DNA of 16,550 nt from Methanocaldococcus jannaschii DSM 2661. GTDB taxonomy: Archaea > AGJL01 > Methanococci > Methanococcales > Methanocaldococcaceae. The stretch is from NCBI RefSeq assembly GCF_000091665.1, contig NC_001733.1, forward strand, positions 1 to 16,550. Direction: 5' to 3'. The translations under genes and the position numbers were made by a program. The stretch's first letter is position 1; every line of letters begins with the position of its first letter. Shown in pieces: positions 8,735-16,550 of the stretch. The notes under the pieces are model-generated. The model did not search any database and was not told where the DNA came from. It saw only the letters and a list, made by a program, of their open reading frames with translations.

Positions 8735-11700
8735 TTATAGTGGTCTCCATTGGTCGGATTCTGGATTATCCACATCTCCATTTTTCCACAGCTCTTTTAA
8801 AATCCCCCGTGCTGTATCTTCCGATATGTTGAAGTTTTCAGCAATTTCAACCGTAGTGTAGATTTTTGGATTTTGTAGCATGTAGTTTAAAATCTCTCTT
8901 TTTAGTTGGGATAACTTCCTACTTTCCTCTATAAGTTTGTTAATCTCTTCTAACTCTTCATCCTTTTGTTGTGTTTCTTTTATCTCTTCTCCAACCAATT
9001 TAAATATCTCCTTAACCTTATCTGGTGCTTTAATTCTTAACAAAACCCCTAAGATTGTCTTAAACCATATTTTTAATGCATCCCTAACATCCTCTAAATC
9101 CACATACTCCTTAAACTTAAGTTTAGCATAAGCTTTAGCCATATACTCAATTTGATTAAATAATCTATCGGAATATCCTTTAAATAGTCCGTAATCTCTC
9201 AATAAATCCCTTAACTTCTCCTCTACCTCCCAAAGTGTCTTTAATGCATCTTCCTTAAACTCAATATCCTTATTTTTAATGTAGCTAATGAATAAAGCAC
9301 ACTCGTAAGCTTCCAAATTCTTTTGTTTTATGAAGTTATTGTCTTCTCTCAATCTCTTAACTTTGTAGGTGTGTAGTTTAATCTCCTTCCAATCCTCGTT
9401 GGTGTATGGCTTTAATAGATAGATTAATGGAATTCTATCTGTCATTCCCCTCAAATTCTTCAAAGTAAAATCCAATATTTTTGACAATAACCATTCTGAT
9501 GCATTTAACTGGGGGTTAGCTCCCAATATATTATTAACTATCTTTTTAGCCCTATCTTCTGCCTCATTTCTATCATAGTCATGTTGTTTTAGTAACTTTT
9601 TAGCGAAGTAATTTATCATAGCTTCTTTAAACTCTTCAAATCCCTTTAAGTGGTAAATTTCCCAAAGCTCCATTAAGTCAATATCCTTAATGTTCCCTAC
9701 TCCAATCCATGGGCTTACCCCAATCATTGGGATGTTATAACCCTCTCTTTCTCTCTTCCAAATACCTGAAGTTTTACCACTTTTTAATAAGTCTAAGTCG
9801 TTGCCTACTCTTAAAATAAAGTCCATCATCTCTTCAATAAATATCGGTCTATTGTGGTTCATTGGGATTATTCCTTTTTTATAGAATTTTATGTTATCTC
9901 TGGAGATAACTAAACCTATTAAGTTCTCTATGTTAGGCATATCTACTCTTATCATGTCCTCAGTAGTGTTGTGGAGTTTTGCCAATGGTTCTATTGTTAA
10001 ACTCTTCCCTTGTCCATAGCTTCCAATGAACAAACAATCAATAGTTTCAGGCTTTAAGTGTCCATCCCTATTTTTATCCCAATATATATGGGATGATGCC
10101 AGTATCTCCAATGTTATTAAAGTGTCTATCGTTGGATTTTTCCCTTCTTTGTCCAATATTGCCTTCACTTCGTAAAATACCCTATCTTTAATATAATCTA
10201 AGGCATTACTATAACCAGCATTCTTAACCTTCCTAACAAAGGCATCATAATTGAAATTTATGGTCTTTTGTGGATTGATACTTAAGCCCTCTATGTAATA
10301 CTCTCCTTTATGGTTTGTTTTCAAAATTCCTACAATTTCAACATCCCTTAGGTTGTTAATCTCTGGTGTGTATGGAAGATAAACCCTATAAACTTCATCC
10401 GTTTCTTTTAATTGGATTATGGCTATCGTTAAATCCCTTTCCAACTTTATTGGTTCTCCATCTTCATCTTTGAATAGGGATTCTGAATATTTTATGTCTC
10501 TGCCACACTCTGGACACTTAATTTTATAATCTTGGCTGTTTTCCACTGGCTCATACAACCTTATAACTTCACAATTACATCCCTTGTTATTGCCGTTCTT
10601 ATCCAAATCAATACATACATAACGTCTCAAAATTGGTCTGCTTTTCCTATGGTGTATTATTCCCGCAATATCTCCCCTAAATACACACAATTTATTCCTA
10701 AACTCTCCCCAATCCTTAGCTTTTGTCATTATGGTCCTACTTCTTAGTGTCTCTAAGCCAATTATGTTAATCTCTAAAGGCTTAAATTGGAAGTATTTTT
10801 CATAATAAACTTTATAAATCATCTCTATGGCTTCATACGGTTCATTTAAGAGTAAGCTCCTAAAGTAAGCCCCTACAATTCTCTCTTTGCCCTTTAACCT
10901 ATCAACTTCGTTAATGTCAAATTCAAAGCCCTCTGGTGTTAATCTCTCTTCTATGAATTTTTTAAGTGATTTTTTCAAATCTTCCATAAATTCGCTTTTA
11001 GCTTCTGCCTCTTGGAATGCTTTTTTAGGTAAATACTCATCTAAGATGTCTTTAATGTCTTCATAGAATTTGTAAGTTAGATAAATGTATTTTCTATCGT
11101 AATCCTCTGGATTTTTCCTTATGTCAATCCATTCTAATTGTTTGTAAATCTTTAGGTGTTGCTTTAATGTTCCTTCTCCAATTTTCAACTGCTCTATGGC
11201 TTTATTCATAAATTCGTCAAATCTCATACCTTCAAAGGTTAGGATTGTGAATATTTTAGCAGTTTTTTTACAATCATCGTTTTTATAACTCTTTTTTAAT
11301 GTGTTGGCTCTCTCGCCGATTTTGTTGCATAGGTCTTCAATCATACTATTATCTTGTATATTATGCAGTAATTGGTGAAGCATAGTGAAGTCGTTATTTT
11401 GTTGGTGAAGTGCAGTGAATTCTTCACCACATTGGTGAAGCATAGTGAAGTCGTTATTTTGTTGGTGAAGTGCAGTGAATTCTTCACCAACAATTTCACC
11501 AATTTTTATGTCTCTATTTTGTTGGTGAAGCATTTCACCAGCTTTCACCAATTTTAATACGACTTCCTTAGGGTCGTGTATCTCCCAGAAGCTCCAACCT
11601 AAAATTGACGTAATTGCATCCTCCAATCTATATAGTTTGTCGGTTGGCAATTCTGCCCCTAACTCCCATAAACCATATTTTAATAATAGTTGCCTCTCTT

Positions 11701-11929
11701 TCAGAGGTAGCTTGTTTAATGAAAATAGCCATATATTTCCTAAGATTTCAGTATTGTTTTTGTTATGCTCGTCTAATTCTTTGATAGTATTAGGGTCATA
11801 TCTAATGTTCAGTAATTTTATGGCAACCTCTAAAACATCCTCTGGATATTGATTAATTTCATTAATTGTATATTCCAATACATTGTTGTTCTGTATGTTA
11901 TTTATACTACCATTTACATATTTATCCAT
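8735..11929 (-). CDS. MCM-like AAA+ replicative helicase with extended N-terminus
   Basis: Walker [14 protein letters not shown], Walker [24 protein letters not shown] (arginine-finger-like), zinc ligands C..CNC...CPEC, C-terminal wHTH ([32 protein letters not shown]); SD GGTGG upstream. Confidence 0.8.
11371..11490. repeat. two tandem copies of a 60-nt unit (each made of two 30-nt halves) inside the MCM-like gene
   Basis: attggtgaagcatagtgaagtcgttattttgttggtgaagtgcagtgaattcttcaccac repeated with only the last base changed; encodes [18 protein letters not shown] repeats. Confidence 0.9.
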
Positions 11930-12491
11930 GCCTAACCACCTCTGTTGTTGTTAGGTTTTTCGGAGTTTTGAGGGTATGGAGATACCTTTTATAGGTTCTC
12001 CCTATCTTTTCCAGTATATTTAATAAAGCTATTTTTGAAGTTTTAACTTTATAAACATTAAATGATGTTCTTTTATGTAGCATTATCAACTTGAAAGCAT
12101 TATTTTCAAATTCGTGATATAGAAATCTTTCAAAAGTTGATATTGCAAATACTTTTATGGAACATATACAATTATCCACATTTATTCTATTGTATCCTAA
12201 AATCAGTTTAGTTAAATATTCCAATTTATATAATTTATGTGTTGAAGCATCTTGATATTTAACCAATGAACCACAACTTAAAAATAACATCTCATCTTCC
12301 AAAGGTAGATTACACAATGAAAATAGCCAATGGGATAAACTTAATTTTATATAATACAACTTACTATAATAGTTAGTTAGTAACTTTATAGTGCCTTTCA
12401 ATACATTGTCAGAATAGCATTTAATCCATTTAACCAAATATTCCAAATCTATGATAATCAAAAAATATATATAATTGTTTATGACACACAT
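11922..12491 (-). CDS. partial paralogue of the N-terminal region of the adjacent MCM-like protein
   Basis: ORF track gives 11922..12635, but GGAGGTGATTAT-ATG (start 12491) and a TATA at 12579-12588 indicate the shorter form. [20 protein letters not shown]...THKLYKLE...LILGY aligns with [20 protein letters not shown]...TDKLYRLE...SILGW of the helicase. Confidence 0.7.
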
Positions 12492-12578
12492 ATAATCACC
12501 TCCTTTGCAGTGGTTTTCCAAGTATTTTCCCAATTTGGGGAAGGAAGGGGGCTTAACACTATTTTTTTTAATTTCAAA

Positions 12579-12588
12579 GTATATAAAC
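12579..12588 (-). promoter_or_regulatory. TATA/BRE of the replication operon
   Basis: Minus strand GTAAGGTTTATATACTTTG, about 90 nt upstream of the start at 12491. Confidence 0.6.
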
Positions 12589-12791
12589 CTTACGAAATTA
12601 TCGGAATTATCTGTTCCATATTCAGGTAATGGCATAAAAGCTTACTGGATTATATTTAACTATTAAAATTTATTAATTTTATTGAGAATAATGCGGAATT
12701 TTTACGCAGAGGAATTTTTTATTATCCAAACTATCGATTTAGATAGTTCTGATAGATTTAAACTATTGAAGTTATTTTATGTAATATTTTC

Positions 12792-12817
12792 TAAAATTTA
12801 CGGACATTTTCCGAGAT
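12792..12817. repeat. palindromic repeat family, copy E (inverted)
   Basis: Reverse complement reads CTCGGAAAATGTCCGTAAATTTT, matching copy A. Confidence 0.55.
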
Positions 12818-12887
12818 TGCTACCACGATATTGTATAATTAAACAAACACCACTTAGGTGAAAAATATACCAGTAAAGAATACATTC

Positions 12888-12920
12888 ATCTCGGAAAATA
12901 TCCGTAACGGAAAATTTTCA
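12888..12920. repeat. palindromic repeat family, copy A
   Basis: CATCTCGGAAAATATCCGTAACGGAAAATTTTCA. Confidence 0.75.
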
Positions 12921-13094
12921 ATGCACAAACTTTTAATTATCTGTAAATATAAAAATTGTCAATAATTATTTTATATTTACCAGTGAAATTTGAAAACGTG
13001 AAATAATATCTTACATGTCATTATACTCGGAATTTTGCAAGTCCTTATATTTGAAATATCGGTTACACACACTATTGTAAAATACTCGTACTTA

Positions 13095-13128
13095 TCGGAA
13101 ATTTTCCGTGCGGACATTTTTCGAAGGA
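13095..13128. repeat. palindromic repeat family, copy B (inverted)
   Basis: ATCGGAAATTTTCCGTGCGGACATTTTTCGAAGG; its reverse complement matches copy C. Confidence 0.75.
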
Positions 13129-13166
13129 AGACATAATTTTAAGCCATAACAACATAAAAGAGAATG

Positions 13167-13222
13167 GATTACAAATACTACTTCGGAAAATATCCGCACG
13201 GAAAATTTTCGCAGTCAGTAGT
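13167..13222. repeat. palindromic repeat family, copy C, with conserved flanks
   Basis: GATTACAAATACTACTTCGGAAAATATCCGCACGGAAAATTTTCGCAGTCAGTAGT. Confidence 0.8.
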
Positions 13223-14014
13223 ATATACATCTTCCATAAGTTTTGTAGGTATGTTATATTCATGTTCATCAACGTTTTTTTCTTTCATCATGAGATAATT
13301 TACAATTGCTAAAATCAATATTAATATTATAAATCCGAGAATTATCGCCTTCCACCTAATTTTTCCAGATTCTAATGTTTCACATAATACGCCTAAACCA
13401 AATATAAAACTAAAAGCACCAGTAATCGAATAAATAACTGATTTTGGAGGAATATTTTCAAGATTCTCTATAAACAACTGCTCAGAACGTGATTTCAGAA
13501 CTCTATCTATTATTTCTCTGTAGCACTTATTATCGTTTTCTTTGGTTTTCGAATCATTTATATTTTCTTCAATTTTTAAGTTTTGATTATTATTTATAAT
13601 TTGAATATCATTTTCCGTTTTTTTAACGTTTAACGAGTTTTCTATATTTTCGTTAATTTTAAACGTCTTAAATAGCTGTAAAGCAACATCAATTAATTTT
13701 TTTCCAGATAATTTCATAAGATTATTGTATTCATCCAATATTTCTAAAGTATGAGTTTTATTTTTCTTAGAATATAAGTGCTTTAGGTTTAAAATTTTAT
13801 TTTGTATGATTATTTTGTATGTTTTTTCATTAATTTTCATTACATGTCCGATTTTTTCAAATATTGATAATAACTTTTCAAAACCTTTTACTCCAACGTT
13901 AAAATTTCCAGTTTTAGAAGATAACGAATATCTCTTATTTTTACTATCATAAGTTGCCGATATTTCTAAGTAACTAATATTTACATAAAAATTACAGATA
14001 ATTTCGTCGGGCAT
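13178..14014 (-). CDS. hypothetical protein with two C-terminal transmembrane helices
   Basis: ORF-track start 14038 is a TTG; AAAAAGGTGTCGAAT-ATG supports the start at 14014. Hydrophobic SVIYSITGAFSFIFGLGVLCE and WKAIILGFIILILILAIVNYL. Confidence 0.65.
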   Translation of the reverse strand: MPDEIICNFYVNISYLEISATYDSKNKRYSLSSKTGNFNVGVKGFEKLLSIFEKIGHVMKINEKTYKIIIQNKILNLKHLYSKKNKTHTLEILDEYNNLMKLSGKKLIDVALQLFKTFKINENIENSLNVKKTENDIQIINNNQNLKIEENINDSKTKENDNKCYREIIDRVLKSRSEQLFIENLENIPPKSVIYSITGAFSFIFGLGVLCETLESGKIRWKAIILGFIILILILAIVNYLMMKEKNVDEHEYNIPTKLMEDVYTTDCENFPCGYFPK

Positions 14015-14074
14015 ATTCGACACCTTTTTAAAATTCAACTGTAAATTGACGGTTTGGTAGTATTATATTATTGT

Positions 14075-14135
14075 GATTACAAAGAATATACCTTTCGGAA
14101 AATATCCGCAACGGAAAATTTCCGAAGTTAGTAGT
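14075..14135. repeat. palindromic repeat family, copy D, with conserved flanks
   Basis: GATTACAAAGAATATACCTTTCGGAAAATATCCGCAACGGAAAATTTCCGAAGTTAGTAGT; same orientation as copy C. Confidence 0.8.
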
Positions 14136-14346
14136 GAGACATTGAACCTATATGTTTTAAGAGTTAGAACATGCCCAAAACATGCTTGTATATTATATAT
14201 GTAATGAGTAAATTATGATTAGTATATTTTTATCCAAAAAATAGAGTTCAAAATTAGCGTTGCTAAATCCCATAACTTATGTGGCTATAAAGTAATAAGG
14301 TTATGAAATTATGAAATTCCTAACTTCCATAAACTTCTGGAAATTC

Positions 14347-14365
14347 ACAACTTTCACAAAGTTGT
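14347..14365. repeat. hairpin ACAACTTT-cac-AAAGTTGT
   Basis: 8-bp perfect inverted repeat with a 3-nt loop, in the intergenic region upstream of the YfbU-like gene. Confidence 0.6.
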
Positions 14366-14526
14366 AAATGTTATAAACTTCAGTAGTGTCCAAAAATTAT
14401 TAACCTAAGTTAGACTTTGGGCTGAAAGTCCAACTTCTATTAACTTTGAGACCATTTAATATGTGCATATTTTTAAATATGGAATATACCCTATTAATCC
14501 ATACAAAAATATTAGGTGAGTGGGGG

Positions 14527-15033
14527 ATGTTATCTAAAATCGAACGACTTATATTGGCAAACCAATACAAAATTTTGAAAATTTTGGAAAATACTTCAGA
14601 ATATGATGAGATAATTAAGATTTTAGAGGAAGGGTATGAAATATTTTATGATGAAATTTTAGGACATATTTTTGATGAACTTCCAGAATCTGAAGGACAA
14701 TTTGTATTAGATATTCTCTCTTTTTACGACATTGTAGTTGAACCCTACAAACAAAAGAACCCTAATGACCATGAAATAATAAATCATCCATATTCGTATT
14801 TTAAAGGTTTTGATGGCAATAGCGAAACAAAATATATGGCGTTTGTAAGATTTCTTATAGAAGACCAGAAAAAATTTTCATTCGTAGCAAAGTATGCAAA
14901 GAAAACTGATAATTTTAATAGTCATTTCCCAATGTTGGATAAATATAGAAAAATGGTAGAGTTATGGGAATCGAAATACAATAAAAAGTATGACTTAAAA
15001 AGGGAGGAAATTCTTGACATCCTAAATGCATAA
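14527..15033 (+). CDS. YfbU family protein
   Basis: MLSKIERLILANQYKILKILE..., FKGFDGNSETKYMAFVRFLI, FNSHFPMLDKYRKMVELWESKYNKKYDLKREEILDILNA match the layout of E. coli YfbU (recalled). SD AGGTGAG before ATG; ORF-track start is 14446. Confidence 0.85.
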   Translation: MLSKIERLILANQYKILKILENTSEYDEIIKILEEGYEIFYDEILGHIFDELPESEGQFVLDILSFYDIVVEPYKQKNPNDHEIINHPYSYFKGFDGNSETKYMAFVRFLIEDQKKFSFVAKYAKKTDNFNSHFPMLDKYRKMVELWESKYNKKYDLKREEILDILNA

Positions 15034-15168
15034 TTTTATTTATCTAAATATATTTTTAGATTTTTATTTTATTATAAAATTCAAAAAATATCTTATCGTA
15101 TTATAGAAAGATTTGTAATAAACTCATTATAATAGTGAAATCTTACTTCGAAAATTTCTAACCTTGGC

Positions 15169-15192
15169 TGAACTTTGTTGATTAAGTTCAGG
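15169..15192. repeat. hairpin CTGAACTT-tgttgatt-AAGTTCAG between convergent genes
   Basis: 8-bp perfect inverted repeat read directly. Confidence 0.6.
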
Positions 15193-15407
15193 ATAAACAA
15201 AAAATAAAAAGAACAATGATTTTAAACTCACTATCAGTGTAGAGATTGGCATTAACTATTTATTTGTATTTATCTATCATACTGAGAGTTTTTTTATTTT
15301 CTTTTATTGCTTTATTGATTTTTCTTTGAATGATTCTAGTACTATTTTCTCATAAGGAAAAATGTTTGGTTTGTCATCTTAAATTTAAGTGATTTGATAA
15401 ATTATAA

Positions 15408-16550
15408 TTATCCCAACTTAAACTGTAAATGAACTACAATATCCTTTCCTTTTTGTTTAAGTTCTATATCTTTTATTTTTGAACAATTTCCACAGAATTC
15501 TTTTCTTAATATGTTTTTTATGTATCGGCATAAAGATTCTTTGATTATTGCATCGTTTATATCATACCAAATTGCATAATTTTTGAGTTCGAATTCAAAA
15601 TTTGGCTTTTTACTCTTCATTACCTCATATATTTCTTTAATAATATTGTCCCAGTTAGGTTTAATATATTCTTCATTTAATAAGTTTTTATCGATATATT
15701 TTTCAATATTTTCTTTCTGTGAGTCAAAACCATTTTTCTTTCGTATTATTTTATAGATTTTATACCCTCTTCCTAAAATCCTATGGTTAGTGGATTGTAT
15801 TTTTATCCATGTGTTAATTTCACGAATGGGTAGTCGTTGGTCTATTACATAGATTTTTCCATTTATCTCAATAGCTGCAGCAACATGCATAGGATGAGTT
15901 ACTAAATATAAGTTATAGTTGGGAAACAAATTCGAAAGTAAAGCAATAGTTAGTTTAGCATAATCTCTACATACTGCTTTTTTGTATTTTAGAATTTTGG
16001 ACACTTTAATATCATAACATAAAGTATCATGCAGCATAGCGATTGCTGATACAAAATTTCCATTGCATTGAAACAAATATTTTACTATCAATGTAAGTAT
16101 TAACACCCAAAGTCCTGAAATTATACTAATAATTATAAGATTTTCACTGAAAATATACAATGTGAAGATACTTACTAACAACAACATGCTAATGTTGTTT
16201 AAGTATTGTGAATATTTTGATGGCAATGATATTAATACTAAGAGAGCCACTACTGCAGATATTACCCATAGTATCAATACCATAATATCATTGATTATAA
16301 TCTCAAAACCTATTATCAATAACAATACCATAAATAACAATACCACACCATATAACATAGCCGCAATAACATAATAAATTAAAGAATCTGCCGCTCTTTC
16401 CATCCAATATCTAATATTAGTTTCTTGCCATTCCAAAATATTATTTAAAGTTTCAACAATTGAATTTTCCCATAACTGTTCAGACAGTTTTTTTATTTCG
16501 TTACTATAAATTTCTTTTAGAGAAGGAATACTTAAAAAGTGTGACAACTT
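15408..16550 (-). CDS. multi-TM protein with transglutaminase-like (papain-fold) domain; 5' end outside the window
   Basis: Cys-His-Asp order in KKAVCRDYAKLTIALL / THPMHVAAAIEINGKIYVIDQRLP; four or more hydrophobic segments. ORF-track start is a TTG at the window edge and the frame remains open to 16550. Confidence 0.65.
   Translation of the reverse strand, partial: KLSHFLSIPSLKEIYSNEIKKLSEQLWENSIVETLNNILEWQETNIRYWMERAADSLIYYVIAAMLYGVVLLFMVLLLIIGFEIIINDIMVLILWVISAVVALLVLISLPSKYSQYLNNISMLLLVSIFTLYIFSENLIIISIISGLWVLILTLIVKYLFQCNGNFVSAIAMLHDTLCYDIKVSKILKYKKAVCRDYAKLTIALLSNLFPNYNLYLVTHPMHVAAAIEINGKIYVIDQRLPIREINTWIKIQSTNHRILGRGYKIYKIIRKKNGFDSQKENIEKYIDKNLLNEEYIKPNWDNIIKEIYEVMKSKKPNFEFELKNYAIWYDINDAIIKESLCRYIKNILRKEFCGNCSKIKDIELKQKGKDIVVHLQFKLG

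Noticed and set aside
7228-9131. Plus-strand ORFs 7228..7443, 8277..8540, 8937..9131
   Set aside because: Antisense to the zinc-finger/Hfq, primase and MCM-like genes; Ser/Leu-rich shadow translations.
10532-11852. Plus-strand ORFs 10532..10747, 11372..11557, 11637..11852
   Set aside because: Antisense to the MCM-like gene; the repetitive peptide of 11372..11557 is only the complement of the 60-nt repeats.
12492-12635. N-terminal 48 residues of ORF 11922..12635
   Set aside because: The perfect GGAGGTGAT SD and the TATA at 12579-12588 place transcription and translation starts inside this ORF, so the upstream codons are probably not translated.
12660-13222. CRISPR array
   Set aside because: Repeats are palindromic, variable, in both orientations and irregularly spaced; no constant repeat/spacer periodicity or cas genes in the window.
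13072-13272. 66-aa plus-strand ORF
   Set aside because: Overlaps repeat copies B and C and the 3' end of the minus-strand TM gene; likely fortuitous.
16162-16374. 70-aa plus-strand ORF
   Set aside because: Antisense to the TM region of the transglutaminase-like gene; Asn/Thr/Ile-rich shadow.
1-16550. Window as a complete circular plasmid
   Set aside because: Joining the right-edge minus-strand ORF across position 1 gives no ATG or SD nearby, so nothing supports circular closure; cannot be excluded without flanking sequence.

Overview
AT-rich archaeal accessory DNA, most like a plasmid or integrated plasmid of a hyperthermophilic methanogen (Methanocaldococcus-like). That host call is inferred from protein character, GGTG(A) Shine-Dalgarno sites and TTTATATA promoters; no search was run. 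Most genes are on the minus strand. Block 1 (about 5.9 to 0.1 kb, minus) is a probable restriction-modification operon: coiled-coil + winged-HTH protein, DUF365/PUA-like protein, a large type IIG-like N6-adenine methyltransferase/restriction enzyme, and a 276-aa companion. Block 2 (about 12.6 to 6.8 kb, minus) is a probable replication operon: a partial paralogue of the helicase N-terminus, a 1064-aa MCM-like AAA+ helicase, an archaeal/eukaryotic-type small primase, a C2H2 zinc-finger + Hfq/Sm-like fusion, and a 41-aa membrane microprotein. Other genes: a 4-TM protein (+), a protein with C-terminal TM segments flanked by direct repeats, a YfbU-family protein (+), and a TM + transglutaminase-like protein running off the right edge. 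Most notable observations: (1) two adjacent genes are each split by a +1 frameshift at an NNT-TGA site; (2) a family of CGGAAAATATCCG...CGGAAAATTTTCCG palindromic repeats lies upstream of the replication operon and flanks one gene; (3) TTGGTGAAG words recur at exact 30-nt steps inside the helicase gene; (4) the zinc-finger/Hfq-like fusion sits in the replication operon; (5) a solo paralogue of the helicase N-terminus precedes the helicase.
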